A DNA stretch of 64,000 nt from Candidatus Eiseniibacteriota bacterium (lineage in GTDB: Bacteria; Eisenbacteria; RBG-16-71-46; CAIMUX01), in contig JAWKQE010000028.1 in the NCBI GenBank assembly GCA_041390305.1, forward strand, positions 5,967-69,966. Reading direction: 5' to 3'. The translations under genes and the position numbers were made by a program. This document shows, piece after piece, positions 28,092 to 36,931 of the stretch. The notes below the pieces were generated by a model. It worked only from the letters and a program-made list of their open reading frames with translations. It was not told the origin of the DNA and did not search any database. Position 1 is the first letter of the stretch. The number at the start of each line of letters is the position of its first letter.

Positions 28092-28358
28092 ATGACAGGT
28101 CGATGGGACGGACTCCCGCCCGATTGGGAGGAGGTGTCCCGCTTCGACGGAGGGGATGGTGGGTGCGGGGAGATGCTTCTCGACCTGCGGATCCACTTCC
28201 GACCGCTCGATCCCGGTGTCCGCGTCGCCGTGCTGGCCTCGAGTGAAGGTGCGCCGGTGGAGATTCCGGCCTGGTGCAGGGTCACGGGGCATCACCTTCT
28301 GGTCGCGCATCCACCGTACTACCTGATCGAAGTCCGAGAGACGCAACCTGAAGCCTAG
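28092..28358 (+). CDS. TusA/SirA-like sulfur-carrier protein
   Basis: FDGGDGGCGEMLLDL (Cys at the TusA CPxP position) and EIPAWCRVTGH; GGAGG RBS. Confidence 0.8.
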   Translation: MTGRWDGLPPDWEEVSRFDGGDGGCGEMLLDLRIHFRPLDPGVRVAVLASSEGAPVEIPAWCRVTGHHLLVAHPPYYLIEVRETQPEA

Positions 28359-28442
28359 CTGTCACGCGTCGCGGGACGGTTCTCGGCGGGGCCGGGACCG
28401 GGGACGGCGGAAGCGCCGGACAGCAAACGAAGGAGAGTGGAG

Positions 28443-28808
28443 ATGAGCAACAAGTTCTGTGTTTCGATCACCGAGTGCAAGAAGGACGGGGACATGGCCA
28501 CGGTCGGGTTCGTCGTCGCGAACGCCGCCCTCGGCAGTGAGAAGGAGACGATGGTCTTCCTGTCCGCCGACGGGGTCTGGTCCGCGGTCAAGGGCGAGTA
28601 CGAGAAGATCGTCGAGGGCGAGCCGTTTGCGCCGCTCAAGGAGCTGGTCGACAAGTTCGTCGCGGGCGGTGGGAAGATCCTCGTCTGTGCTCCGTGCCTC
28701 AAGAAGCGTGGACTCGATGCATCGAACCTGATCGAAGGTGCAACTCCGGCCGGAGGGGCGGCGCTCGTCGAGTTCCTCGACGGCGGTACGCCCTGCATCT
28801 CGTATTGA
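28443..28808 (+). CDS. DsrE/DsrF/TusD-like sulfur relay protein
   Basis: ATVGFVVANAALG...MVFLSADGV, L.EL...F...GGKILVCAPCLKKRGL....LIEGA..AG. Confidence 0.85.
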   Translation: MSNKFCVSITECKKDGDMATVGFVVANAALGSEKETMVFLSADGVWSAVKGEYEKIVEGEPFAPLKELVDKFVAGGGKILVCAPCLKKRGLDASNLIEGATPAGGAALVEFLDGGTPCISY

Positions 28809-28943
28809 GTCGAAGAAGAAGCGGCTCGACTCGCGGCCCACGGAGATCCAGGTGAGAAGTGACCACGCTCGTCTGGGCCGGGAGGAGAGGGCGTACTTCT
28901 GGAGGATCTCCGCATGAGGGGAGTCTGACGAAGGGAGGAAGAG

Positions 28944-29711
28944 ATGGGAGAGTCGATCGATCTCGCGAACATCGACGTAGCTCGGGTCTTCGACGGGGGA
29001 GATCTGGACTGCGGTTCCGGGCTCGTGTTGCTCATCCGGGAGAACATGCTCGAGGTGCCGGAAGGTTGTGTCCTCGAGATGCGCTCACGGGAATCCACCG
29101 TGGCCGACGACCTGCCGCCCTGGTGCAGGATGGTCGGTCACGACTTCCTCGGCTCGCTTCCACTCGAGACGTCGGGTCGCGGCGATGGAACCGTCCGCTA
29201 CTTCGTGCGTCGCGGTAGCGGGGCGGCCGCAGCCGCCGAGGCCAAGGCGCTCGAGTCGGACAAGGAGAAGGCGCAAACGTACGAGTGGCGGCTGCGCGTG
29301 AGGTCGACGGGCCATCTCGAGAGCACGGCCTATTGCCGGAACTTCTCCTTCCAGGCCGGTCAGCCCGCGAGCTTCGAGGAGAAGGACGCGCATCCGTCTG
29401 CGGTCGAACTCCTGCTCGGTTCGCTGGGTGCCGCCCTCACCACCGGGTTCGCGTCCGAGGTGGCGCGGGCCGGGCTCGACGTCGACGACATCGAGCTGAC
29501 CGTGAAGGGACGGCTCGGGAATCCGCTCGCGCACCTGGGGCTCGGTGAGGGAGATCCCGGACTGGTTGCGGTGGAGGTGAAGTGCTTCGCTTCGACCATG
29601 GCGGACGAGTCCGCAGTGCGAGAGGCGTGGCAGCGTACCGTCGAGAGATCTCCTGTCGCGGTCACTCTGGGCCGGGCGACGGAGCTCACGCTCAAACTGG
29701 CGATCGTCTGA
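28944..29711 (+). CDS. TusA-like plus OsmC/Ohr-like fusion protein
   Basis: N-domain FDGGDLDCGSGLVLLIR...DLPPWCRMVGH; C-domain PSAVELLLGSLG, DDIELTVKG, RSPV..TL. Confidence 0.8.
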   Translation: MGESIDLANIDVARVFDGGDLDCGSGLVLLIRENMLEVPEGCVLEMRSRESTVADDLPPWCRMVGHDFLGSLPLETSGRGDGTVRYFVRRGSGAAAAAEAKALESDKEKAQTYEWRLRVRSTGHLESTAYCRNFSFQAGQPASFEEKDAHPSAVELLLGSLGAALTTGFASEVARAGLDVDDIELTVKGRLGNPLAHLGLGEGDPGLVAVEVKCFASTMADESAVREAWQRTVERSPVAVTLGRATELTLKLAIV

Positions 29712-29781
29712 GAACGACGCATCCAGGTCGAAGGTGCCGCGGTTGCCGCCGAGTGCGCGCTGCGTCACGGAGGTCGAATCC

Positions 29782-30958
29782 ATGTTCGATGTCACACAGG
29801 TCGGCAGTTGGCCACGTTCCCGAGAGCTCCTCGTCGCGCTTCGCGATCATCAGAAGGGACGGATCACGAGAGAGGAGTTCGAGCGGATCGCGGACGTCGA
29901 GGTCGATCGCTGTGTGGACGCGCAGCTCGAGGTCGGCGCGGACATCATCGTCGATGGAGAGATGAGGCGGGACAGCTTCTACTCGTTCGTCACGAACAAG
30001 CTCGACGGCACGCAACTCATGTCGCTCGCCGAGATGCTCGATACGGTCGAGGACAAGGCGAGCTTCGAGGAGATGCTCTCGACGCTCGACGTGCCCGCGT
30101 CCGCGATCAAGAACCCGACGTGTGTCGGCAAGCTCCAACGGAGAGAGCCGCTCGCCGTTCGCGAGTACGAGTACGTCCGCGCACGGACGGACAAGCCGGT
30201 CAAAGTGCCGCTTCCGGGGCCCTACCTCCTCACCCGGTCCATGTGGGTCGGACAGTTCTCGAAGGCGGGATACGGGGACAAGCTCGAAATGGGCGAGGAC
30301 GTCGTCCGGATCATGCAGGATGAACTGTTCGAGCTCGCGGAAGCCGGATGTGACTTCGTCCAGTTCGACGAGCCGGTGCTGACCGAGATCGTGATGTCCG
30401 AGGAATGCGACCGTCGCACCTTCATGAGCGACCTTGGCTACCCGCCGGGATGCGGGTTCAGAACTCGAATACGCTGCCGACCTCCTCAATCAGATCGTCG
30501 ACGGAGCCCGCGACCGCGTGACCCGCAAAGGTCTCGTCATGCCGCGGATCGGAATCCACGTCTGTCGGGGCAACTGGAGCCGCGATGAGAGCGTCCTCCT
30601 GACCGGGGACTACACGCCGCTCCTGCCCGCGTTCGAGAAGATGCACGTCGACCAGTTCGTGCTCGAGCACTCCACGCCGAGGGCCGGTGACGTCCAGATC
30701 GTGGCGCGGGCTCTGGCCGGTCGAGAGCTCGGCCTCGGGGTGGTGAACCCTCGGACGGAGACCGCCGAGTCGCCGGACGAGATCGTCCGCCGGGTCGAGG
30801 AACTGCTCGAGTTCCTGTCGCCCGACAGGATCTTCCTGAACCCCGATTGTGGGTTCGGGTGTTTCGCCAACCGGTGCGTCAACGATCACGAAACGGCCAA
30901 GGCGAAGACGGCCAGCATGGTCGAGGCGGCGCGAATGCTGAGAGCGCGATACCAGTAG
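29782..30958 (+). CDS. Single-barrel cobalamin-independent methionine synthase-like (MetE C-terminal/core family) zinc enzyme; frameshift near 30427
   Basis: VGSWPR, DIIVDGE.RR, VQFDEP; Zn ligands HVC, E (FVLE) and PDCGF. The two ORFs 29734-30588 and 30434-30958 join into one domain. Confidence 0.85.
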
Positions 30959-31108
30959 GTCGGAACTCCTTCGGGCTGGTGGAGCCGTTGCGGTCTGATC
31001 CGCACGGCCTCCACCGGTGCCAGGCTGTTTTGGCGCGGCGCCTGCGGTCGGCGTAGCTTGGTCCAGCGTGGCTTTGAAGCCGACTCGACCTGTGCGACAA
31101 TCCCCTCC

Positions 31109-32791
31109 ATGGAGTTTCTACTGGAAGGGATGGTCGGTGGTCGCTACTACCGACGCACACTCGGGGCAGGTCGCTACGTCGTCGGACGCGCGGCCGAGAG
31201 TCAGGTTCATCTCGTCGACCGGTCCGTCTCCCGGGAACACGCCGTCCTCCATCTGACCGACAGCTCGTTCGTGGTCGAGGATCGAGGCAGCCGGAACGGG
31301 ACGTTCGTCAACGATCAACGGATCGAAGGGACGCGCGAGGTCGGGATCCACGATCGGATCCGCTTCGGCGCGATCGAGCTCACCCTGCTGAGCCCTGAAG
31401 CGTCGATGCCGAGCGGAACGGGAATCGGAACTCCCAGGATCCGTACCGGCGATGACGACTCCGACCTGGCCAAGACCCACATCTCGCTCGACGACCTCCA
31501 GGTTCCGGCCACCGGGCAGGCCGCGCTCTTCCAGGCGATGACGGAAGCGGCCCCGCTGCTGGTCCAGCCGAAGCCGCTCGAGGAGATCTTCCAGGCGGTA
31601 CTCGATCTCGTTGCGAAGGTGATTCCGTCGCGGCGCACGCTCATCCTCCTTCGCGACACGGAGGACGACTCCCTTCGGCTCGAAGCGTCTCGTCCGTCCG
31701 GGCGCGAGCAGGAGGAGCTCATGATGAGCCAGAAGATGCTCCGCACCGTGCTCGAGGATCGGAACGCCCTTCTCGTCACCGATGCCCAGGCCGACGAGCG
31801 GTTCCAGGCGCAGGAGAGCATCGTCGCGTTCGACGTCCGTTCCGCCCTCGTAGCTCCTCTCTTCGACAACGAGCAGGTGATCGGACTGATCTACGCGGAC
31901 CACGACGATCCGTTCGTCCGCTACGACCAGGACCAGCTCCGGGCCTTCACGCTCCTCGCGAACCTCATGGCGATCAAGATCACGCAGACGAAGCTCATCG
32001 AGGAGCAGCGGGAGAAGGAGCGCCTGGCCGAGGAGATGGCGACGGCGTCGCGGATCCAGATCGGGCTCCTCCCGAAGTCGACGCCGGACCTCCTCGAATA
32101 CTCGCTCTTCGCGAAGCAGCGTTCCTGCTATGAGACGGCAGGTGACCTCTACGACGTCGCCCTCCTGGGTGACGGGTCGCTCGTGCTCGTGGTCGGTGAC
32201 GTGAGTGGCAAGGGGCTCGGTGCGGCGCTGCTCATGTCGAACATCATGGCTGGGCTCCGCGTCCTCTACGAGGAATCGTCCGACCTCGCACGACTCGTGA
32301 GTCGACTGAACGACCAGCTCCACGGTTCCACCGAAGCGACCCGGTTCGCGACGCTGTTCGTAGGGAGGCTGGATCCCAGGACGCACCGGCTCACCTACGT
32401 GAGCGCGGGACACAATCCGCCGTTCCTCGTCCTCCCCGATGGTGAACATCGCGAACTCGCCGCGACGGGCATTCCCGTCGGCATGATGCCGGGCGTTCCG
32501 TACTCGACCGCCGAGGTCGAGATCCCCGAGAACGCGCTTCTCGCCGTCTTTACCGACGGGATCCCAGAGGCGTTTCTCGAAGGGGACGACGAGGAGAAGG
32601 TCTTCTACGACGAGGCCAGGATGCTGGAGTCGATCAGGCGTCGGATCTCGGATCCCGTGGAGGCCATCGGGAAGGGGATCCTGGACGACCTGTTCGAGTT
32701 CCTCGGCGCGACAGAGCCGGGCGACGACATCACGCTTCTCCTCCTCGGTCGCTGGCGGAACCGGGATCCGGAGCGGACCCGACCCTCGTAG
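31109..32791 (+). CDS. FHA-GAF-PP2C (SpoIIE/RsbU-like) phosphatase
   Basis: FHA (VGR...SVSREHA...DRGSRNGTFVN), GAF (SALVAPL...IGLIY.D), PP2C (AGDLYD, VGDVSGKG, FTDGI.EA, DDITL). Confidence 0.9.
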   Translation: MEFLLEGMVGGRYYRRTLGAGRYVVGRAAESQVHLVDRSVSREHAVLHLTDSSFVVEDRGSRNGTFVNDQRIEGTREVGIHDRIRFGAIELTLLSPEASMPSGTGIGTPRIRTGDDDSDLAKTHISLDDLQVPATGQAALFQAMTEAAPLLVQPKPLEEIFQAVLDLVAKVIPSRRTLILLRDTEDDSLRLEASRPSGREQEELMMSQKMLRTVLEDRNALLVTDAQADERFQAQESIVAFDVRSALVAPLFDNEQVIGLIYADHDDPFVRYDQDQLRAFTLLANLMAIKITQTKLIEEQREKERLAEEMATASRIQIGLLPKSTPDLLEYSLFAKQRSCYETAGDLYDVALLGDGSLVLVVGDVSGKGLGAALLMSNIMAGLRVLYEESSDLARLVSRLNDQLHGSTEATRFATLFVGRLDPRTHRLTYVSAGHNPPFLVLPDGEHRELAATGIPVGMMPGVPYSTAEVEIPENALLAVFTDGIPEAFLEGDDEEKVFYDEARMLESIRRRISDPVEAIGKGILDDLFEFLGATEPGDDITLLLLGRWRNRDPERTRPS

Positions 32792-32998
32792 CGCGACTGT
32801 CGCCTCGGTGCGCCCGCGTTGTGGGAGCGCACTCGAACGGGTCTCGTCCAAACCGGGAGTCGGAGGAGACCCAGCTCGAATCCTGCGGTTCGAGAAACGA
32901 AGACGGCCCCGCGATCGCGGAGCCGTCGAGTCGTGTGGGTCATCTCGAATGCGCCGGACGGAGCGTGGTGCCGTGTCGGCGCATCGAGGGAACGAAGC

Positions 32999-33610
32999 CT
33001 ATCCGTTCAGCGCTTCGTGGACCTTTCCGACCATCTCCGGCCCAGGGCGGAGCGTCTTGTCGCCCTCGTCCTTCCACTTGGAGGGACAGCCTTCGTCCTT
33101 CTTCCGGGAGAGGTAGATGTTGGCCTTGAACTTCCTCATGAGCTCGTCGATGTTCCGGCCCATGTTGTAGAAGTTGACCTCCGCGTTGAAGAGCGTGCCG
33201 TCGGGCGCGATGATGAACGATCCGCGGAGAGCGAGACCGGACCCCTCGTCGTACACGCCGAACAGCCGCGACACGCGACCGGTCGGGTCGGCGCCCATCA
33301 GATACTGGACGTTGGCCAGCTCCTTCTCGTCCCGCTTCCAAGCGAGGTGAGTGAACTCGGTGTCCGTCGACACCGTGATGAGCTGGGCTCCCATCCGCTC
33401 GAAGCGATCCTGCTGCTCTGCCAGAGCAGCGAACTCGGTCGCTCACACGAAGGTGAAGTCGGCGGGGTAGAAGAACAGGATCGTCCACTTCCCGTTCGCG
33501 GTGAGGTTCTCGAGCGAGACCTTGGTGAAGTCGTGGCTCTTGGGGTCGTAGCAGGTGAGCTCGAAGTTCGGCACCTTGTTGCCGACCTTGACCTCGCGGA
33601 TCTCAGTCAT
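32999..33610 (-). CDS. ahpC: Selenocysteine-containing 2-Cys peroxiredoxin (AhpC/Prx1 type); UGA at 33445-33443
   Basis: Continuous frame of 203 codons from ATG 33610 (GGAGGA RBS) to TAG: ...FFYPADFTFV-UGA-ATEF...; resolving Cys in EGCPSKW; ALRGSFII.PDG motif. Confidence 0.9.
33404..33442 (-). promoter_or_regulatory. Bacterial SECIS element
   Basis: After the UGA: GCGACC..., an 8-bp stem GCUGCUCU/AGAGCAGC with a GGC apical loop beginning after 20 nt, and a lower stem GCGA-CC/GG-A-UCGC. Confidence 0.8.
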
Positions 33611-33788
33611 CTCGTCCTCCGTCTGGAATCATCGTTCTCTGGGCCCGGGGCCGCGGCGAGCCCGACGCCGATAGCAAACGAGGATTCTGGCACAGGGGAC
33701 GCCGTCCCAGAACCTGTGTTTGAACACGGGATTCCACGTACTCGTGACGGTAGCGACCGATGATGAGGAAGACGAGGCTCGCCCGGAC

Positions 33789-35924
33789 TCAACGTTCGAG
33801 CGTCACCTTCCGGACCGCGGAGCCGCTCGGCGAGTCCATGCGCAGGAAGTAGATCCCCGCCGGGACCGGGGCCTCGCCCAAGCCGGCTCCATCCCACGTG
33901 ACGACGTGAGGTCCAAGGTCGAGTGGACCTCGGAGGAGCGTGCGAACCAGGCGACCCTGTACGTCGAAGACCATGAGGGAGATGGCCCCGGGCGTTGCGA
34001 GATCGAGGTGCACCTCCGTCTCCGTGTGGAACGGATTCGGCGTGACCCGCGCGATCGTGGCGTCGGTGAGCGCGGAGGGGGACTCGCCGTCCCCCGGCGA
34101 CGGGATTCCGGCTGGGTCCGGTGCGATCGTCGTGGCGTCGTCATCGAGCAGAAGTGCGAGAGCGCTCCGGCTCGCGGCGTACCCGCCCCACTGGTAGAAC
34201 TCGTACTCCGCGCTCTCCCCGGGGGCCAGGACGCCGAGCGTCTTCTCGAAGAAGAGGTTCTCCATGTTGCCGCAGCTCCCGGACGGGAAGATCGGGTACT
34301 CGCCCGTGCTGTTTCCGAGGGCGGGTTGGCAGAGGAGATGGACGTAGTCCGGCATCGCAACCGCGGTCTCGTCGGGTGCGATCACTCCGATCGCGTAGTA
34401 GGACGCGTTGTCGAACGCGGCGAACCAACTGCCCGCGATGCCTGCCGGAGGGAAGCTGAGTTCTCCGCCGTAGTCGATCGGATCGTCCGGAAGGATACCG
34501 CGGTCCCCGATCTGTCGGTCGGACGCGCCGTAGAGCCACTGTTCCCGGCCCCAGACGAAGTCGAAGTCATGACTCTGCGTGTCGATGTTCTGCACCACGT
34601 AGCGATGCCGGAAGTAGTGTCGATCGGCATAGAACTCCACGTCCCGTTCGACGTGGACCTTCTCGTCCAGGCCGTAGTTCCCGCCGGAGCGGAAGTGGAA
34701 GACCATCGAGTCGAGGTCTCCGGACACCGGCCACGCGAGGGAGTCGTCCTGCCACTTGATGTTGCTCGGGTAGGTGCCGGTGCCGTCATTGACCGGTGTG
34801 TCGTCGAGGTGGACGGCGACGCGCTCCATACAGTCCACGGTGTGTGGATCTCCGGTGACGAGGTCGGTCACGTGGAGGTCGACGATGCATCCCGGACCAT
34901 GCGGAGTGGTGAAGCTGGAACCGAGGATCGCCGTGTGGATATACCGGTTCCAGACGAGGTAGCCGTTCCGGAAGTTGCGGAGTCCGATGTCACCGGTCTG
35001 GTAACGGTCGACGTGAGTGGCCGCGAGATCACTCGGTGTATCGAACTCGATCGTGACGCGAGTCACACTCGATCCGGTGAGGTCACACTCGAAGGCGATG
35101 ACGTTCCCTTCCGCCTGCACGTTCGCAACACCCGGGCCGGACACGATGAGTCCGGTGATTTCGTTGGCCTGAGGAAAGACCGGGATCCGGATCTGCGCGT
35201 TCGCGACGGAGGTGGATCGGATGAGGCCGAACTCGCGGATCTCGTGATGGAAGCCGCCTGAACCGTTGGGCGAGGCGAAGAAGGCCGTGTAGTCGTCGGA
35301 CGCATCGGGGAGGCCGGACGTGGTGATGCCGGTCCAGCGACGCACGCTGTAGAGCGAGAAACTCGGTGTGTCGGACTGGCCGACGTCCGCGCCCCGGTAC
35401 GCGGTGACGGTGGCGGTGTAGGTCCCCGTCGGACGCGCTTCGCCCTCGCCCGCGCCGATGTCGAAGACGCCGGAGTAGATCCCGTCTCCAGGAACCGCGT
35501 CGTTGCCGGTGCCGTCATCGACGAGTCGGGCCCGCACGCGTGGGTTTGCCGCGGACACGACCACGACCGAGTCGCAGTCGGTGGCGAGATCGATCCCGTC
35601 TCTCACTTCGGCGGTGATTCGGGCGCTCCCGAACCAGGAGTACGACGTGCGATCGAGGCCTGGGGTGACGGTGAGTGTCGCGCGTTCTGCCGGGATCCGG
35701 TCCAGGTCGAGGGTCGCGGGTGGGTCCGTGGGGTCGACGATGCCAAGGGGCAGATCGGCCGCCGTGTAGACGTCATACCCGTACGGCTCGGGGCTCTCCT
35801 TGTCCCAAGGGTTCCAGGTGGGTGGAGGATCCGCCGCGATGGCCGTGTGGAGAGAGCCGACGAGAATGCCGCCGGCGGCGATGCAGAGGGTGACGATCCT
35901 ACCGAGAGAGGTGAGAGCGGGCAT
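33789..35924 (-). CDS. Large secreted protein with a choice-of-anchor-X-like motif and C-terminal FlgD-Ig domain
   Basis: Signal peptide, LVDDGTGNDAVPGDGIYSG Ca-binding-like motif; C-terminal PNPF...FDVQGRLVRTL...G.H...WDG......AGIYF. Confidence 0.75.
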   Translation of the reverse strand: MPALTSLGRIVTLCIAAGGILVGSLHTAIAADPPPTWNPWDKESPEPYGYDVYTAADLPLGIVDPTDPPATLDLDRIPAERATLTVTPGLDRTSYSWFGSARITAEVRDGIDLATDCDSVVVVSAANPRVRARLVDDGTGNDAVPGDGIYSGVFDIGAGEGEARPTGTYTATVTAYRGADVGQSDTPSFSLYSVRRWTGITTSGLPDASDDYTAFFASPNGSGGFHHEIREFGLIRSTSVANAQIRIPVFPQANEITGLIVSGPGVANVQAEGNVIAFECDLTGSSVTRVTIEFDTPSDLAATHVDRYQTGDIGLRNFRNGYLVWNRYIHTAILGSSFTTPHGPGCIVDLHVTDLVTGDPHTVDCMERVAVHLDDTPVNDGTGTYPSNIKWQDDSLAWPVSGDLDSMVFHFRSGGNYGLDEKVHVERDVEFYADRHYFRHRYVVQNIDTQSHDFDFVWGREQWLYGASDRQIGDRGILPDDPIDYGGELSFPPAGIAGSWFAAFDNASYYAIGVIAPDETAVAMPDYVHLLCQPALGNSTGEYPIFPSGSCGNMENLFFEKTLGVLAPGESAEYEFYQWGGYAASRSALALLLDDDATTIAPDPAGIPSPGDGESPSALTDATIARVTPNPFHTETEVHLDLATPGAISLMVFDVQGRLVRTLLRGPLDLGPHVVTWDGAGLGEAPVPAGIYFLRMDSPSGSAVRKVTLER

Positions 35925-36253
35925 GTGCGGCTCCGTGTCGTGTCGTGCCTTGGGTGTCAGAGCGGTTTGCCGCGTGCCGCGCCGTTTCCATCGTCCTGTC
36001 CCGGTGGTGCGCCGTGGAAGCGCGCCCGGCAGGAAGTGGGGAGTGGCGGGCCGATCCCCGTTACATGGCGAGTTCGTACCGACAAGGGTAGCAGATCCGG
36101 CTGGAACAAGACGGCGTTGCCGTGGGAACCGTCGCGGCGTCTCCGGCCGGAACGAAGCGGCGTCTCCGTTGGGGCTGAACCGACGTCGACATCCGGGCAG
36201 AAGTCGTGTTCCCGGGCCGGGCCGAAGTGCGGCATCTCCGGTCGGACTGAATA

Positions 36254-36286
36254 GGGTCAGCCGGGTGGATGCCACCCGGCTGATCC
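36254..36286. repeat. Strong 15-bp inverted repeat in a long intergenic region
   Basis: GGGTCAGCCGGGTGG / ATG / CCACCCGGCTGATCC (one G-U pair). Confidence 0.7.
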
Positions 36287-36931
36287 TCGGGTGCGGAGCA
36301 GCGGACGTTGCCGTGGCGCTACGTGGGTGTGCCGTTTCGATACGCCGCTCCGTCCACGCACGGGCACGCGTCCAGCGCGCGCGAAGGCGGAGCCGACCGG
36401 CGGCCTTCCAGCTCGGTGCCGAATGGACCGAGTGCGGCGATAGGAGGAGCGCCAGCAGCTGGATGAGGGTTCAAAGCCGCCGGCCGGAGTCCAACTCACA
36501 TTTCGTCGTCGACGCCAGCGTCCGAGTCGATTCTCGATCCCAGCGCTGGTGGGCAGGAGTCTCGTCGACGATCCGAAGGCTACCCAGCAACGGCACCTCA
36601 GTCCAATCAGCACGGATCCCGTTCATCTGAGGCGGCACTTATACTTGCGCGGACTCTCGTTGGAACGTCGATGCCCGCCGCGTGCCGGAATCGCGTATGT
36701 GGACCGGGACGGGATCCCCGAGCCTGTATTAGGAGTCCTACTCCAGATCCGTCTGGCGACCCGTATGACACGCGTCGTGCATCAGGGATATCCCTCAGTG
36801 CAAGTAGGCGATCCCTCTCCCCTCTAAAGATGACTCCGAAGCCTGACGACCACGGAACTGGTCCAGATAAGTTCCCCTTTGCTACGTCGACCGCAGTTCG
36901 GTTTGGCGTGGTCCGCGGAAGGAGCGAAGTC

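Noticed and set aside
33443-33445. UGA as evidence of a reassigned genetic code (Trp or Gly) or a pseudogene
   Set aside because: Many genes in the window end normally at TGA and Trp is encoded by TGG. The single in-frame UGA sits at the catalytic Cys position with a SECIS hairpin, which indicates Sec.
36171-36500. tmRNA- or tRNA-like signals (GGGGCTGA...TCGAC at 36171; GGGTTCAAAGCC at 36467)
   Set aside because: The GG-x-TTCGA core is missing, the T-stem does not pair, and there is no acceptor-stem complement or CCA end.
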